From a virus: a stretch of DNA of 64,000 nucleotides. The notes below the pieces were generated by a model. It did no database searches and was not told the origin of the DNA. It saw only the letters and a program-made list of their open reading frames with translations. Shown here piece by piece: positions 1-8,059 of the stretch. Numbering within the stretch: the stretch's first letter is position 1; each line of letters begins with the position of its first letter. The stretch is taken from positions 87,480 to 151,479 of the IMG/VR virus record IMGVR_UViG_3300002038_000006. One strand, 5' to 3'. The translations under genes were made by a program, and so were the position numbers.

Positions 1-128
1 AACGTGTAAACGTGTATCTGATTGTGAACCATTGCTACGATTGCCTGTGCAGTCATTTCTGCCATGTCAGTGATTGGTGTACCATCTTCTTTTTGTAAGC
101 GCGGTACTACCGTGTAATATATGTTCAT
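1..128 (-). CDS. hypothetical protein, partial (runs off window start)
   Basis: ATG at 128 behind an AAUAAAAGGAAAG leader; open frame MNIYYTVVPRLQKEDG... to position 1. Confidence 0.6.
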   Translation of the reverse strand, partial: MNIYYTVVPRLQKEDGTPITDMAEMTAQAIVAMVHNQIHVYT

Positions 129-131
129 CTG

Positions 132-144
132 CTTTCCTTTTATT
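132..144 (-). repeat. conserved leader/RBS AAUAAAAGGA(A/G)A, representative copy
   Basis: Further copies at 2231, 10703, 15245, 24661, 26907, 30161, 43718, 46423 and 55932, each a few nt before a start codon. Confidence 0.8.
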
Positions 145-155
145 TAAAGCATGGG

Positions 156-422
156 TTAGAAGAAGAAACTAAGTATTCCCAAGGAAGCCATTATTGAGAA
201 TAAAACTCTGGCGGGAAATAACTTAAAATCTACTCTGATAAATTTGTGTAATACAATTGCTAATATAATAGTAGCAGTTGCATGTGGAGCTAATTCTGGA
301 TTGTTTGTCCATGCATCGTAAAGGACGTAGAACATTCCTACCAACACGAATAATATACCCGCTGGTCCTGCTGGGACTGCTTTTCTTTTTCTAACCAAAT
401 GATTGTACTTTCTTCGCATCAC
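156..422 (-). CDS. small membrane protein
   Basis: ORF with 2-3 hydrophobic helices. Confidence 0.6.
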   Translation of the reverse strand: MMRRKYNHLVRKRKAVPAGPAGILFVLVGMFYVLYDAWTNNPELAPHATATIILAIVLHKFIRVDFKLFPARVLFSIMASLGILSFFF

Positions 423-675
423 GTCTCTCCTGTAGTAACATAGACATCCATTTTAAATATTGTGGTCTACTTAAGAAATAATTATCCATAACTTCATCGT
501 CACACACGGGACAGAAGTGTATAGTATACTCAGGCATTTCCCAGCCATCATGGGTACCCGTATCTACATCACAATCTTCGACTTTGAATTCTTGTCTACA
601 ATTGTTACACTTACACATGTCAGCTTGTAACTGAGATGAGTGGGTCGGTTCTGGTAAACCTTTAAAAACTAACAT
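391..675 (-). CDS. Zn-ribbon hypothetical protein
   Basis: CxxC...CxxC motifs; GGAG RBS. Confidence 0.6.
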   Translation of the reverse strand: MLVFKGLPEPTHSSQLQADMCKCNNCRQEFKVEDCDVDTGTHDGWEMPEYTIHFCPVCDDEVMDNYFLSRPQYLKWMSMLLQERRDAKKVQSFG

Positions 676-699
676 TTATACGTTCTCCGTTTATTGCAC

Positions 700-736
700 G
701 ACATAATGGGACGACAGCATTACGCCATCGTCCCTG
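700..736 (-). terminator. hairpin terminator with UUAUGUC tail
   Basis: gggacga/tcgtccc inverted repeat just after the RNAP stop codon. Confidence 0.65.
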
Positions 737-741
737 TTAAG

Positions 742-2226
742 TTATTGAGCCTGTTCCATTAGATTTTCGTGTTCACTAAAGTAAGCCCCAATCGTTGAAC
801 ACGTAGGGGCAGGTATATTTACAATGCTTGATACACTTCTCGGCTTATGTAAGTCTTGAATACCCAAGTGGGTAGACATATTGTAGAACTGGTCGTACAT
901 CACTTTATCAGTAATGAGCAACATGTTCAGAGCATCTCCATCAAAGTCTGCATTTGGACCTTTCAATACCAGCACCGATAAACCAATGGTGTTGTCTTCT
1001 AGGTTGTCAGACTTAAACTTGGTAACATACAATAACTGTGCTGACAATCTATCCAGCGTAGGGTTACGTTGTAAGATAATAGGAATGCCCTTCATACCGC
1101 TACGTAAAGTACCGTAAGGTGATTCTGCTATTAACTCATTTAGAATATCCGCAACTTCTTGGTCGTAATGATTAGCCGCTAATGCAAGCTTTCTAGAACG
1201 TTCGCGAGGAGTATATCCACACTTATCCAATTTGTTGTTGATATGTATTCTGAATAGACCAATTGCCATTGTCCAAGGCATGTGACATTCATCGTAGTCG
1301 TGTGTGTTAGAGATAGATGTAATTACACCACGTGCTGTGAACTCTAGACGAGAACCAAATACATGATGTCGTGACATGCCTTCTTTACGACCGATTATAT
1401 CTTTATAGTTAACCTTGTAATAGTTTGCCATCTGTTCATGGAATCTAAATACACGGTTTTCTATTACACGCTGTGACTGTGTGACATTCTCACCACTAAC
1501 ACTACACACTGCACGAATAGCATCTAAACATTCAACCTGACTAGGGTCAACAACTTTACCCGCTGTTGTAGTTTCAGTTACAAATGCAATACGGTTAGGT
1601 ATTGGTAGATACTTAGTAAAGGTTACTTTAGCATTCTGTATTAACATCTTGTACACAAAGTCTCTGCGTATCTGAGTTGCCAATTTGGAATCTGCTGTTT
1701 TACCATATCCGTTGTTGTGTAGGTAAGTAATGATTTCTTTGTAGTTAGCTACGAAAGAACTCCAGCCACGCTCGAAACCTGCATTTCTGAGATTGTCGAT
1801 TAATGGTTGATGGTCAGGGTTATACTTGTAATCTTTATTAGCGAACCAAGATACGAAACTTGTATCTGATTTACTATAGTGTTCCTGAAGTATACTCCAG
1901 ATGATTGGATTACATAAATGACTAACTGACTCAGGTGGGCGAATCCACACCAAAGCATTAATGTCACTTCCGAAGATATCTTCTACCACGGTATTACAAA
2001 CCGGACAGACCTTACCTTTGTTTGGTACACCACGAATTGGATTATCGGGACATGCACACTTTGGCACAGACTCGATTGTATCACCATCGTAAGTTGTAGT
2101 TAGGAGATGAGAAAGTTTCTCACGTCCTTCAATTGTTTCTGGTGAAAAGTCATTAACGAATACTGGCGTATGTGACAACGTATTGAAATTCTTCTCATGG
2201 TTGACTACGCTAAGGTGATACCCCAT
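742..2226 (-). CDS. non-virion RNA polymerase beta' subunit, catalytic part (phiKZ gp55-like)
   Basis: NADFDGD catalytic motif, QRNPTL, N-terminal Zn finger (CAC...CPVC); lies downstream of chimallin as in phiKZ. Confidence 0.92.
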   Translation of the reverse strand: MGYHLSVVNHEKNFNTLSHTPVFVNDFSPETIEGREKLSHLLTTTYDGDTIESVPKCACPDNPIRGVPNKGKVCPVCNTVVEDIFGSDINALVWIRPPESVSHLCNPIIWSILQEHYSKSDTSFVSWFANKDYKYNPDHQPLIDNLRNAGFERGWSSFVANYKEIITYLHNNGYGKTADSKLATQIRRDFVYKMLIQNAKVTFTKYLPIPNRIAFVTETTTAGKVVDPSQVECLDAIRAVCSVSGENVTQSQRVIENRVFRFHEQMANYYKVNYKDIIGRKEGMSRHHVFGSRLEFTARGVITSISNTHDYDECHMPWTMAIGLFRIHINNKLDKCGYTPRERSRKLALAANHYDQEVADILNELIAESPYGTLRSGMKGIPIILQRNPTLDRLSAQLLYVTKFKSDNLEDNTIGLSVLVLKGPNADFDGDALNMLLITDKVMYDQFYNMSTHLGIQDLHKPRSVSSIVNIPAPTCSTIGAYFSEHENLMEQAQ

Positions 2227-2467
2227 AATACTCTCCTTTTATTTTAAGTTTATTAAGGTACGGGACAAGTAATTCTCTGCCCTCATTATTGTGTTTTACG
2301 ATGACGAAATTATCATCTACGTATTTTGCTTTCTGTTTCAAATGACGCCCGATAGTCCTAACGTCACGCTGTAGGTTATCTCTTAGTGTAGTGAAAACCT
2401 GTCGGATATCTTTGCTCCTGTTATTATATGGTTTATGAATACACCTTGATAATATATGTTTAAAAAA
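2210..2467 (-). pseudogene. start-less remnant of an HNH endonuclease C-terminal domain
   Basis: Open frame lacking ATG; FVIVKHNNEGRELLVPY aligns with YVIVYHDTNGKEILDKY at the C-terminus of 5875..6513. Confidence 0.55.
2448..2460 (-). promoter_or_regulatory. phiKZ-type early promoter (TATATTA core)
   Basis: ACATATATTATC on the minus strand; similar cores at ~6915, ~15271, ~26946, ~30236, ~48764, ~56424, each upstream of minus-strand genes; resembles the phiKZ early consensus TATATTAC. Confidence 0.65.
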
Positions 2468-2521
2468 TTATGCAAAGGTAAAAAACTTAGGGAGTCCTGA
2501 GACTCCCGTAGTTATGTTGTC

Positions 2522-2902
2522 TTAACCCATTCGTTCAATCTTCCAGCCTTTAACAGTAAAGCCTTCAGGAGTCTTACCAAGACGTTTGGTAACGGTATTG
2601 ATAGCACAGTCACAAACCATAGCGATAGCTTCAAGTGTATGTACTGTTTCAACAACCTCACCTTTAGTTAAACGGAATGTAGCTAATTTCTTTTCTTCGC
2701 TAGCGTCACCAAGAGATACTCTCCAACCACCACAGATGTGTTCAAAATCTTCACCAGCTTCTAAGCTAGTAGTTAACTGTTCCACAGGAATGTCTAGGTA
2801 GCCATTGGTAATAATGTACATGAATCGTGCACCTTCATCAGCAGAGGTAACTGGATGTACTTTTCCATTCGGTGCCGTAATACTCACTACTTTATTTGTC
2901 AT
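2522..2902 (-). CDS. hypothetical protein with NUMOD1-like DNA-binding repeats
   Basis: Two beta-beta-helix units (ITAPNGKVHPVTSADEGARF; VETVHTLEAIAMVCDCAINTVTKRL); paralog of 3032..3436. Confidence 0.5.
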   Translation of the reverse strand: MTNKVVSITAPNGKVHPVTSADEGARFMYIITNGYLDIPVEQLTTSLEAGEDFEHICGGWRVSLGDASEEKKLATFRLTKGEVVETVHTLEAIAMVCDCAINTVTKRLGKTPEGFTVKGWKIERMG

Positions 2903-3031
2903 TTTATCAGGGCCTTATAGTTTAGTTTGTTATATAGACATAAGAAGATGAACTGGTGTATTTTTTGGACGAAAAAAAAAATAAAGGGACGCGAGGTCCC
3001 GATATTTATATCCATGTAGCAAAGGATATTA

Positions 3032-3436
3032 TTACCATATATCCTTTTTAGCAAACCGTTTATCGTCATGTACATTATTGAAAGCATTTATAAGGCTACG
3101 CACCTTCTGTTCTTTCATGTTAAAGTTAAGAGCACATTCCTTAATAGAATTAAACTCAGCCACTGCTTGTGTCTTCATGCAAGTTACTCTCACACCTACA
3201 CCCTTACGTTTACTTTTAAGGTCGGCTTTAACAATCCACCCGTTCCAGTTATAAACTTGACGAGGGTCTGTCTTGAGAGCTTTAACAATCTCATCGTAAT
3301 TGTCCTTAGTTAGAGTATCACTTAGGATTACTACGACTCTAGCAGCTTCTTCTATACTGTCCAGTTCATGTTCCTGTCCAGTGGGAGATATTACAATACC
3401 TCGTAGTTTACTTACCATCGGAATTCTCCTTACCAA
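3032..3436 (-). CDS. NUMOD1-like DNA-binding protein without nuclease domain
   Basis: VRVTCMKTQAVAEFNSIKECALNFNM is NUMOD1/IENR1-like; a similar unit at the N-terminus (HELDSIEEAARV). Confidence 0.55.
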   Translation of the reverse strand: MVRRIPMVSKLRGIVISPTGQEHELDSIEEAARVVVILSDTLTKDNYDEIVKALKTDPRQVYNWNGWIVKADLKSKRKGVGVRVTCMKTQAVAEFNSIKECALNFNMKEQKVRSLINAFNNVHDDKRFAKKDIW

Positions 3437-3653
3437 TTCTTTTACAGTTGTTCTCTACCGCACGTAATGCATCCGTACGAAACGGACGAACTTCAGCAGC
3501 GTCTAAACCTTCCTTGCCTGCTTTGGTAACTATGAAGATTTTCTTACTGTCAATTACCAACGTAAACCATAACACCGTACCTACACTTCGGTCGATTAAT
3601 ATGGACATATCTGTCTTGTCTTCAAATGCGATAACGCCTAAACTTACTGACAT
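3408..3653 (-). CDS. hypothetical protein
   Basis: ORF with AAAAGGA RBS. Confidence 0.6.
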   Translation of the reverse strand: MSVSLGVIAFEDKTDMSILIDRSVGTVLWFTLVIDSKKIFIVTKAGKEGLDAAEVRPFRTDALRAVENNCKRIGKENSDGK

Positions 3654-3709
3654 AATAGTCTTCCTTTTAATTAACTATATAAATAGTAGTGTGTGTAAAT
3701 TCATACTGA

Positions 3710-3739
3710 CAAAAAAATAAAGGGAGCCGAAGCTCCCAG
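3710..3739 (-). terminator. intrinsic terminator of chmA
   Basis: gggagc-cgaa-gctccc hairpin plus U-tract on the minus strand. Confidence 0.85.
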
Positions 3740-3764
3740 TATTTATATTACTTCAAATCAACTC

Positions 3765-5663
3765 TTACCATTTAGTACGAGCATTCTGATTTGTGTATCC
3801 GCCACGGTTTCCACCGAACTGGTTTTGTTGGTTAAACATACCAGAGTGTTGGTTACCTTGAGACGCGAAACGTTGGTAGTTAGTCGTTGGACGAGTACCG
3901 GTAGTCATGTCTTGGTAGATGCCTTCTGGACGTACATTCGCACCAGCTGCTGCACATGCTTTAGCTAGAGTAAGAATGAAGTCACTTGTGAAGTCAACGC
4001 GACGAGAGTAACCAGTTACGAATACGTTACCTTCACCTAACAAACCACGTAGGATTGTAAGACGACGCTGTAGACGCATGTCTTCAGCTATGCCAGTGTT
4101 GGTGAACGTATCTACGTAATCCATAACTACTTGCATGTCTGCATCACCTTGTAGGTTCAACATTGCTAAGTAATCAATTTCACGTAGGTCTTTCTGGTTG
4201 CCATCTTGGTCAACGTAGTAACCATTGTGGATACGAGTAACATCACCAGTGAACAACGCCTGACCTTGGAATAGGTTAGAGAAGTTACCATTAGTCATGC
4301 CATCCGCAGCATCAACGATTGCTTGAATTGCTTTGTTGTTACCAGAAGCCGCATCGATTAAGATGTGTTGTACCCAAGTCATTGGACCCGCTTCTGCGAT
4401 ATCCATTGAGTAAATTAAGTTAGGGTGTACAGCTACGCCAAGTAATTGTAGTAACATTGCTGGAGTAAAGTCAGCAGCTTTTGTATCTACTTCTACGTCA
4501 GCTAGTGCAGGACACTCATGCTTAACCGCACCGATATCATGCATGTCAGTACCTTTAACATTGTAGTTAGGTAAGAATGCACGAGCCCAGTTGTGGTCTT
4601 CGTCAAGGATTGCAGCATTTGCAAGACCTTGTAATTGTAACTCAAGAGATACAGAATCGATACCGTGAGTAACACCAGTCATTACGAAACGTGGTAAGTA
4701 ACACTGTGTAGCAGGAGCTTGTTGGTTACCCCATGCTTGTGGCGCTGCTTGTTGTAACGGCTGACCGAATGCATTTTGCTGTGCTGGTGGAGCAACGTAG
4801 ATTAAGTCCATGAAACCAGTAGTTTCAGCAATCATTAGAGATTGTTGACCCCAACCTTCATCTTGACCACCTTGGTTAGCGGTAGCTTTCATACCGATTT
4901 GAATATCTGCACGAACGATTTCGCCAGTACCTGATTCAGTGCTAGTACCCAAGAAGTCCAGACGAGCTGATACTGTTTCTTGTTGTGGGTCCCACATTGC
5001 AACAGAGTACTTCTCTTCAACGCCACCTAAGATACGGTCAAGTAGACCGATGTTAGAGTTAGACACGTCGAATACGATGTTGTGTAAACGAGGTTCATCT
5101 TCATGGCTAAGACCACGAGGAATAACTACTACGCCAGCTTCGTGTAATTGTGCGCCTTCAGGGAAGTGACCTGATAATGCTTCGCAGATGATGCCCCATA
5201 ACTTATCAGTTTGGATATCACCCGGTACACGTTCAACTTCTACATTAACACCTTGTAGGTTAGAAATGCGAGGAGCTAACGCTTCACCTGAGTCTTCTAA
5301 TACAATTGCAGATACTGCAACTACGTTTGATTCAGGAACTGTGGTACATGCAAGAACCATCGAGTACGGTAAGCCCATACCTTCGCGGTCCACTGCTACG
5401 AATTTAAGTGCGTCCGCATCTTGACCTTCTAAGATATCTTGGAAAGCTTTAACGTAAGCGGCTAAGTTCTTACCTGTGCCTTTACGAGAGATTGCACGAC
5501 GTAAACGACCAGCACCACCAATGATACCTGCGCGAGCACCAGCTTGTGCATTAGGAGCAGTTGACTGAGTAGCTTGCTCAGAACCTTCCTCACGACCAGC
5601 GTTCTTGAACGCGTCTTTCATTGAAGTGTTAGTTTCGTTTTTCTTGTTGTCTTGAATTGACAT
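3765..5663 (-). CDS. chmA: chimallin, phage nuclear shell protein (phiKZ gp54 / 201phi2-1 gp105-like)
   Basis: 632 aa with low-complexity N- and C-terminal tails ending in W; strongly biased codon usage; sits between the DNA polymerase block and the gp55-like RNAP subunit. Confidence 0.85.
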   Translation of the reverse strand: MSIQDNKKNETNTSMKDAFKNAGREEGSEQATQSTAPNAQAGARAGIIGGAGRLRRAISRKGTGKNLAAYVKAFQDILEGQDADALKFVAVDREGMGLPYSMVLACTTVPESNVVAVSAIVLEDSGEALAPRISNLQGVNVEVERVPGDIQTDKLWGIICEALSGHFPEGAQLHEAGVVVIPRGLSHEDEPRLHNIVFDVSNSNIGLLDRILGGVEEKYSVAMWDPQQETVSARLDFLGTSTESGTGEIVRADIQIGMKATANQGGQDEGWGQQSLMIAETTGFMDLIYVAPPAQQNAFGQPLQQAAPQAWGNQQAPATQCYLPRFVMTGVTHGIDSVSLELQLQGLANAAILDEDHNWARAFLPNYNVKGTDMHDIGAVKHECPALADVEVDTKAADFTPAMLLQLLGVAVHPNLIYSMDIAEAGPMTWVQHILIDAASGNNKAIQAIVDAADGMTNGNFSNLFQGQALFTGDVTRIHNGYYVDQDGNQKDLREIDYLAMLNLQGDADMQVVMDYVDTFTNTGIAEDMRLQRRLTILRGLLGEGNVFVTGYSRRVDFTSDFILTLAKACAAAGANVRPEGIYQDMTTGTRPTTNYQRFASQGNQHSGMFNQQNQFGGNRGGYTNQNARTKW

Positions 5664-5874
5664 ATCAATTTCCTTTCATTGTTAAATCGATTTAATTAAA
5701 TTTAATGTTTTCTTTGCAACGTTGCTGTTATTGCACCTGAATGATATAGATATGAAAACAGTTTAAATCGAATGATTATTGTGCTTAAACGCACAGGCTT
5801 CGGTTGTGGACAGCATACTGTCCAGTGAGACCACGACAGTCTCTCTACATAATATATAGAAAACTATGTAATTT

Positions 5875-6513
5875 TTATTTAGGGTTATCTATAACGTACT
5901 TATCAAGTATCTCTTTTCCGTTAGTATCGTGATAAACTATAACGTAACCTTTATATGGTTTATGTTTACCTTCACGTAATCTTTGATTTACATAATGGTA
6001 AGGTAACCCAATATTGGTAGTTAGAGTTTTAACTGTACTATCGAATACTAATGTTCTAGATTCAACATGGTAAGCTATCACCTCCTTACCAGTATACCCT
6101 GCTTTATTAATAGTGGTTGATAAAACTTCCTCTATAGGGAGTCCTTTACCTAAACGGTAATTGATAGTAACTCTCTTTAAATTAAGTTTCTTGCTCCACT
6201 GTTCAATATTTAAAGTAATGCCATCCAATGTTAGCAGTCTATTACTACTTCTATTATTGGCTTGTTCTTTAGGCGTAGCCCAACGGCAGTTGGTGGGCTC
6301 ATAGTTACCATCATTGTCTTTACGGTCGATGGAATGCCTATAGGGACGAGGTCCCATATCTTCAATGAACTTACGGAAGTCATTCTTCCATTCATCGCAA
6401 ATAGTTATACCCCTACCACCGTAATCTGCGTACTTTTTACTATTGGGATTATAACACCTATCTTTCATAGCTAACCAGCTGCGGTAACCTTTTATTTCAT
6501 TAATTGGTTTCAT
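5875..6513 (-). CDS. free-standing HNH homing endonuclease
   Basis: YRSWLAMKDRCYNP...YGGRGITICDEW...SIDRKDNDGNYEPTNCRWAT..Q.NN signature. Confidence 0.9.
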   Translation of the reverse strand: MKPINEIKGYRSWLAMKDRCYNPNSKKYADYGGRGITICDEWKNDFRKFIEDMGPRPYRHSIDRKDNDGNYEPTNCRWATPKEQANNRSSNRLLTLDGITLNIEQWSKKLNLKRVTINYRLGKGLPIEEVLSTTINKAGYTGKEVIAYHVESRTLVFDSTVKTLTTNIGLPYHYVNQRLREGKHKPYKGYVIVYHDTNGKEILDKYVIDNPK

Positions 6514-6649
6514 ACGTATCCATCCATATCGGTGTATTTCATATGATGGTATTACTTGTGTGCTATTTAAACCCTAATCCTATTACTATTTATGATTCCT
6601 CTTAAATTAATCTGCAAGGATACACAAATGCAAAATCTAATCTTCGCCT

Positions 6650-6881
6650 CTAGAGGTGAAAAGTGATAAGGTGCGTATCATCCTCGTAGCGTTCGTCTAT
6701 CATGATACTTTTTCGTACCGAATCAACATCAAAGACCGAACTGTTTGAAGGAATGTAGCCAGCTACCGCAGACTTTAATACCACGACCACCGTAGTTGTC
6801 GTATCTATTATGTTTCTTGTTATAGCAGCGCTTCTTCATGTTTTGCCAAGTATGGTAACCGGGCGTATTTACAACTTTCAC
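6650..6881 (-). pseudogene. truncated, frameshifted second HNH endonuclease copy
   Basis: GTG at 6881 with AAGGA RBS: VKVVNTPGYHTWQNMKKRCYNKKHNRYDNYGGRGIKVCGSWLHSFKQFGL* (TGA 6729-6731); the +1 frame continues to 6650 without an HNH motif. Confidence 0.8.
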
Positions 6882-6958
6882 AATGATTGTCCTTAGTTAA
6901 CCACATACTGCTAGGATAATATATATTTACGATTTTATAATAACCAATAGGTTATAGG

Positions 6959-8059
6959 GTGTTAACTATGAATAATATTGTCTTCGGAGACCTACCAGAC
7001 TTCAAAGTCTCTAAGGTAGAGTATCCTAAACTTGATTATGTTCTACGCGGTATGGAAGATAACTTAAATAAAGTAATCAAACACGAACGTCGTAATAGTA
7101 AGGTGGTAGAATCGGACCATCCTTTATTAGAGATGTTAACTCACGCCGGACATTCTCTTGACGCAGACTTACGCTTCCATTATCTAGCAGCGCTTGACTT
7201 AAACGACAAGTGGTGTGCAGCATCTAACATTACGACAGCTAGTAAAACAGCCAGTCCTTTGTTAGGTGAATTCCTAGGCGGTGGTGATGTTGAGTTCTTA
7301 GTAAGTTCAGTAACAAGAATACCAACCTCTAAGTTCAACAGTGGTTCATATGTCGACTGGGAAAACTTAACACCTGTAAAAGTGATTGCAAGTAATTACC
7401 ATGATAGTTATCCTTGGCTTCCGGGTGAAGCAGCAGAAGATGGTAACCAATGGTCGTTAATCACAATAGATTTACCAATGCTCTCCATAATGTATTGGGA
7501 GTGGGTAAAATTTATGAAGAAAGAGAATCGTGCAGATACTCGCTCTTCTTTCCTACGTAACTACGTTCTTGCTAATGCTATTAAATCTCATCAGAGAGCT
7601 AAGACATTAAAACGTATGGTACGCTTAACAGAAGGTTTAGATGTAGACCACGTCCGTTCAAGTTCTGAAGTTGCTACAGTTGACTACGAAGGTAGATTCA
7701 AGAAAGAGCAATACAAGATGCTTAAGGACAACTCAATGCGTGACCTTAACTGGATTGAACTATTAAAGAACACCAAGTTAGATGCAGAAGAAGATTTAAC
7801 TTACTTCCTTGATAACATTGAATCGGCAGAGACAAGCCAGAACCGTTGGGCTCTAGCTTTATCTCAAGTACATCTTTGGAAGTTCCTTTTACTTAACGAC
7901 AAGACCGATGGTGTTAACCAAGAGTTTCGTGCTAAGTTAAAACGCTTCCTGTTTGAAATGGAACGTGACCGTGGTGTTAATGGTTTACGTAACTATTCAG
8001 CAGTAAACCTAGTTAAAGACGAATTTGAAAGAATCTTAAATCTCTGTAAGGAAAGGTAA
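6959..8059 (+). CDS. conserved phiKZ-like hypothetical protein between DNA polymerase and chimallin
   Basis: 366-aa ORF, convergent with the DNA polymerase; synteny. Confidence 0.6.
   Translation: MLTMNNIVFGDLPDFKVSKVEYPKLDYVLRGMEDNLNKVIKHERRNSKVVESDHPLLEMLTHAGHSLDADLRFHYLAALDLNDKWCAASNITTASKTASPLLGEFLGGGDVEFLVSSVTRIPTSKFNSGSYVDWENLTPVKVIASNYHDSYPWLPGEAAEDGNQWSLITIDLPMLSIMYWEWVKFMKKENRADTRSSFLRNYVLANAIKSHQRAKTLKRMVRLTEGLDVDHVRSSSEVATVDYEGRFKKEQYKMLKDNSMRDLNWIELLKNTKLDAEEDLTYFLDNIESAETSQNRWALALSQVHLWKFLLLNDKTDGVNQEFRAKLKRFLFEMERDRGVNGLRNYSAVNLVKDEFERILNLCKER

Noticed and set aside
742-2226. Group I intron in the RNAP beta' gene, as in phiKZ gp55
   Set aside because: The ORF is continuous through NADFDGD.
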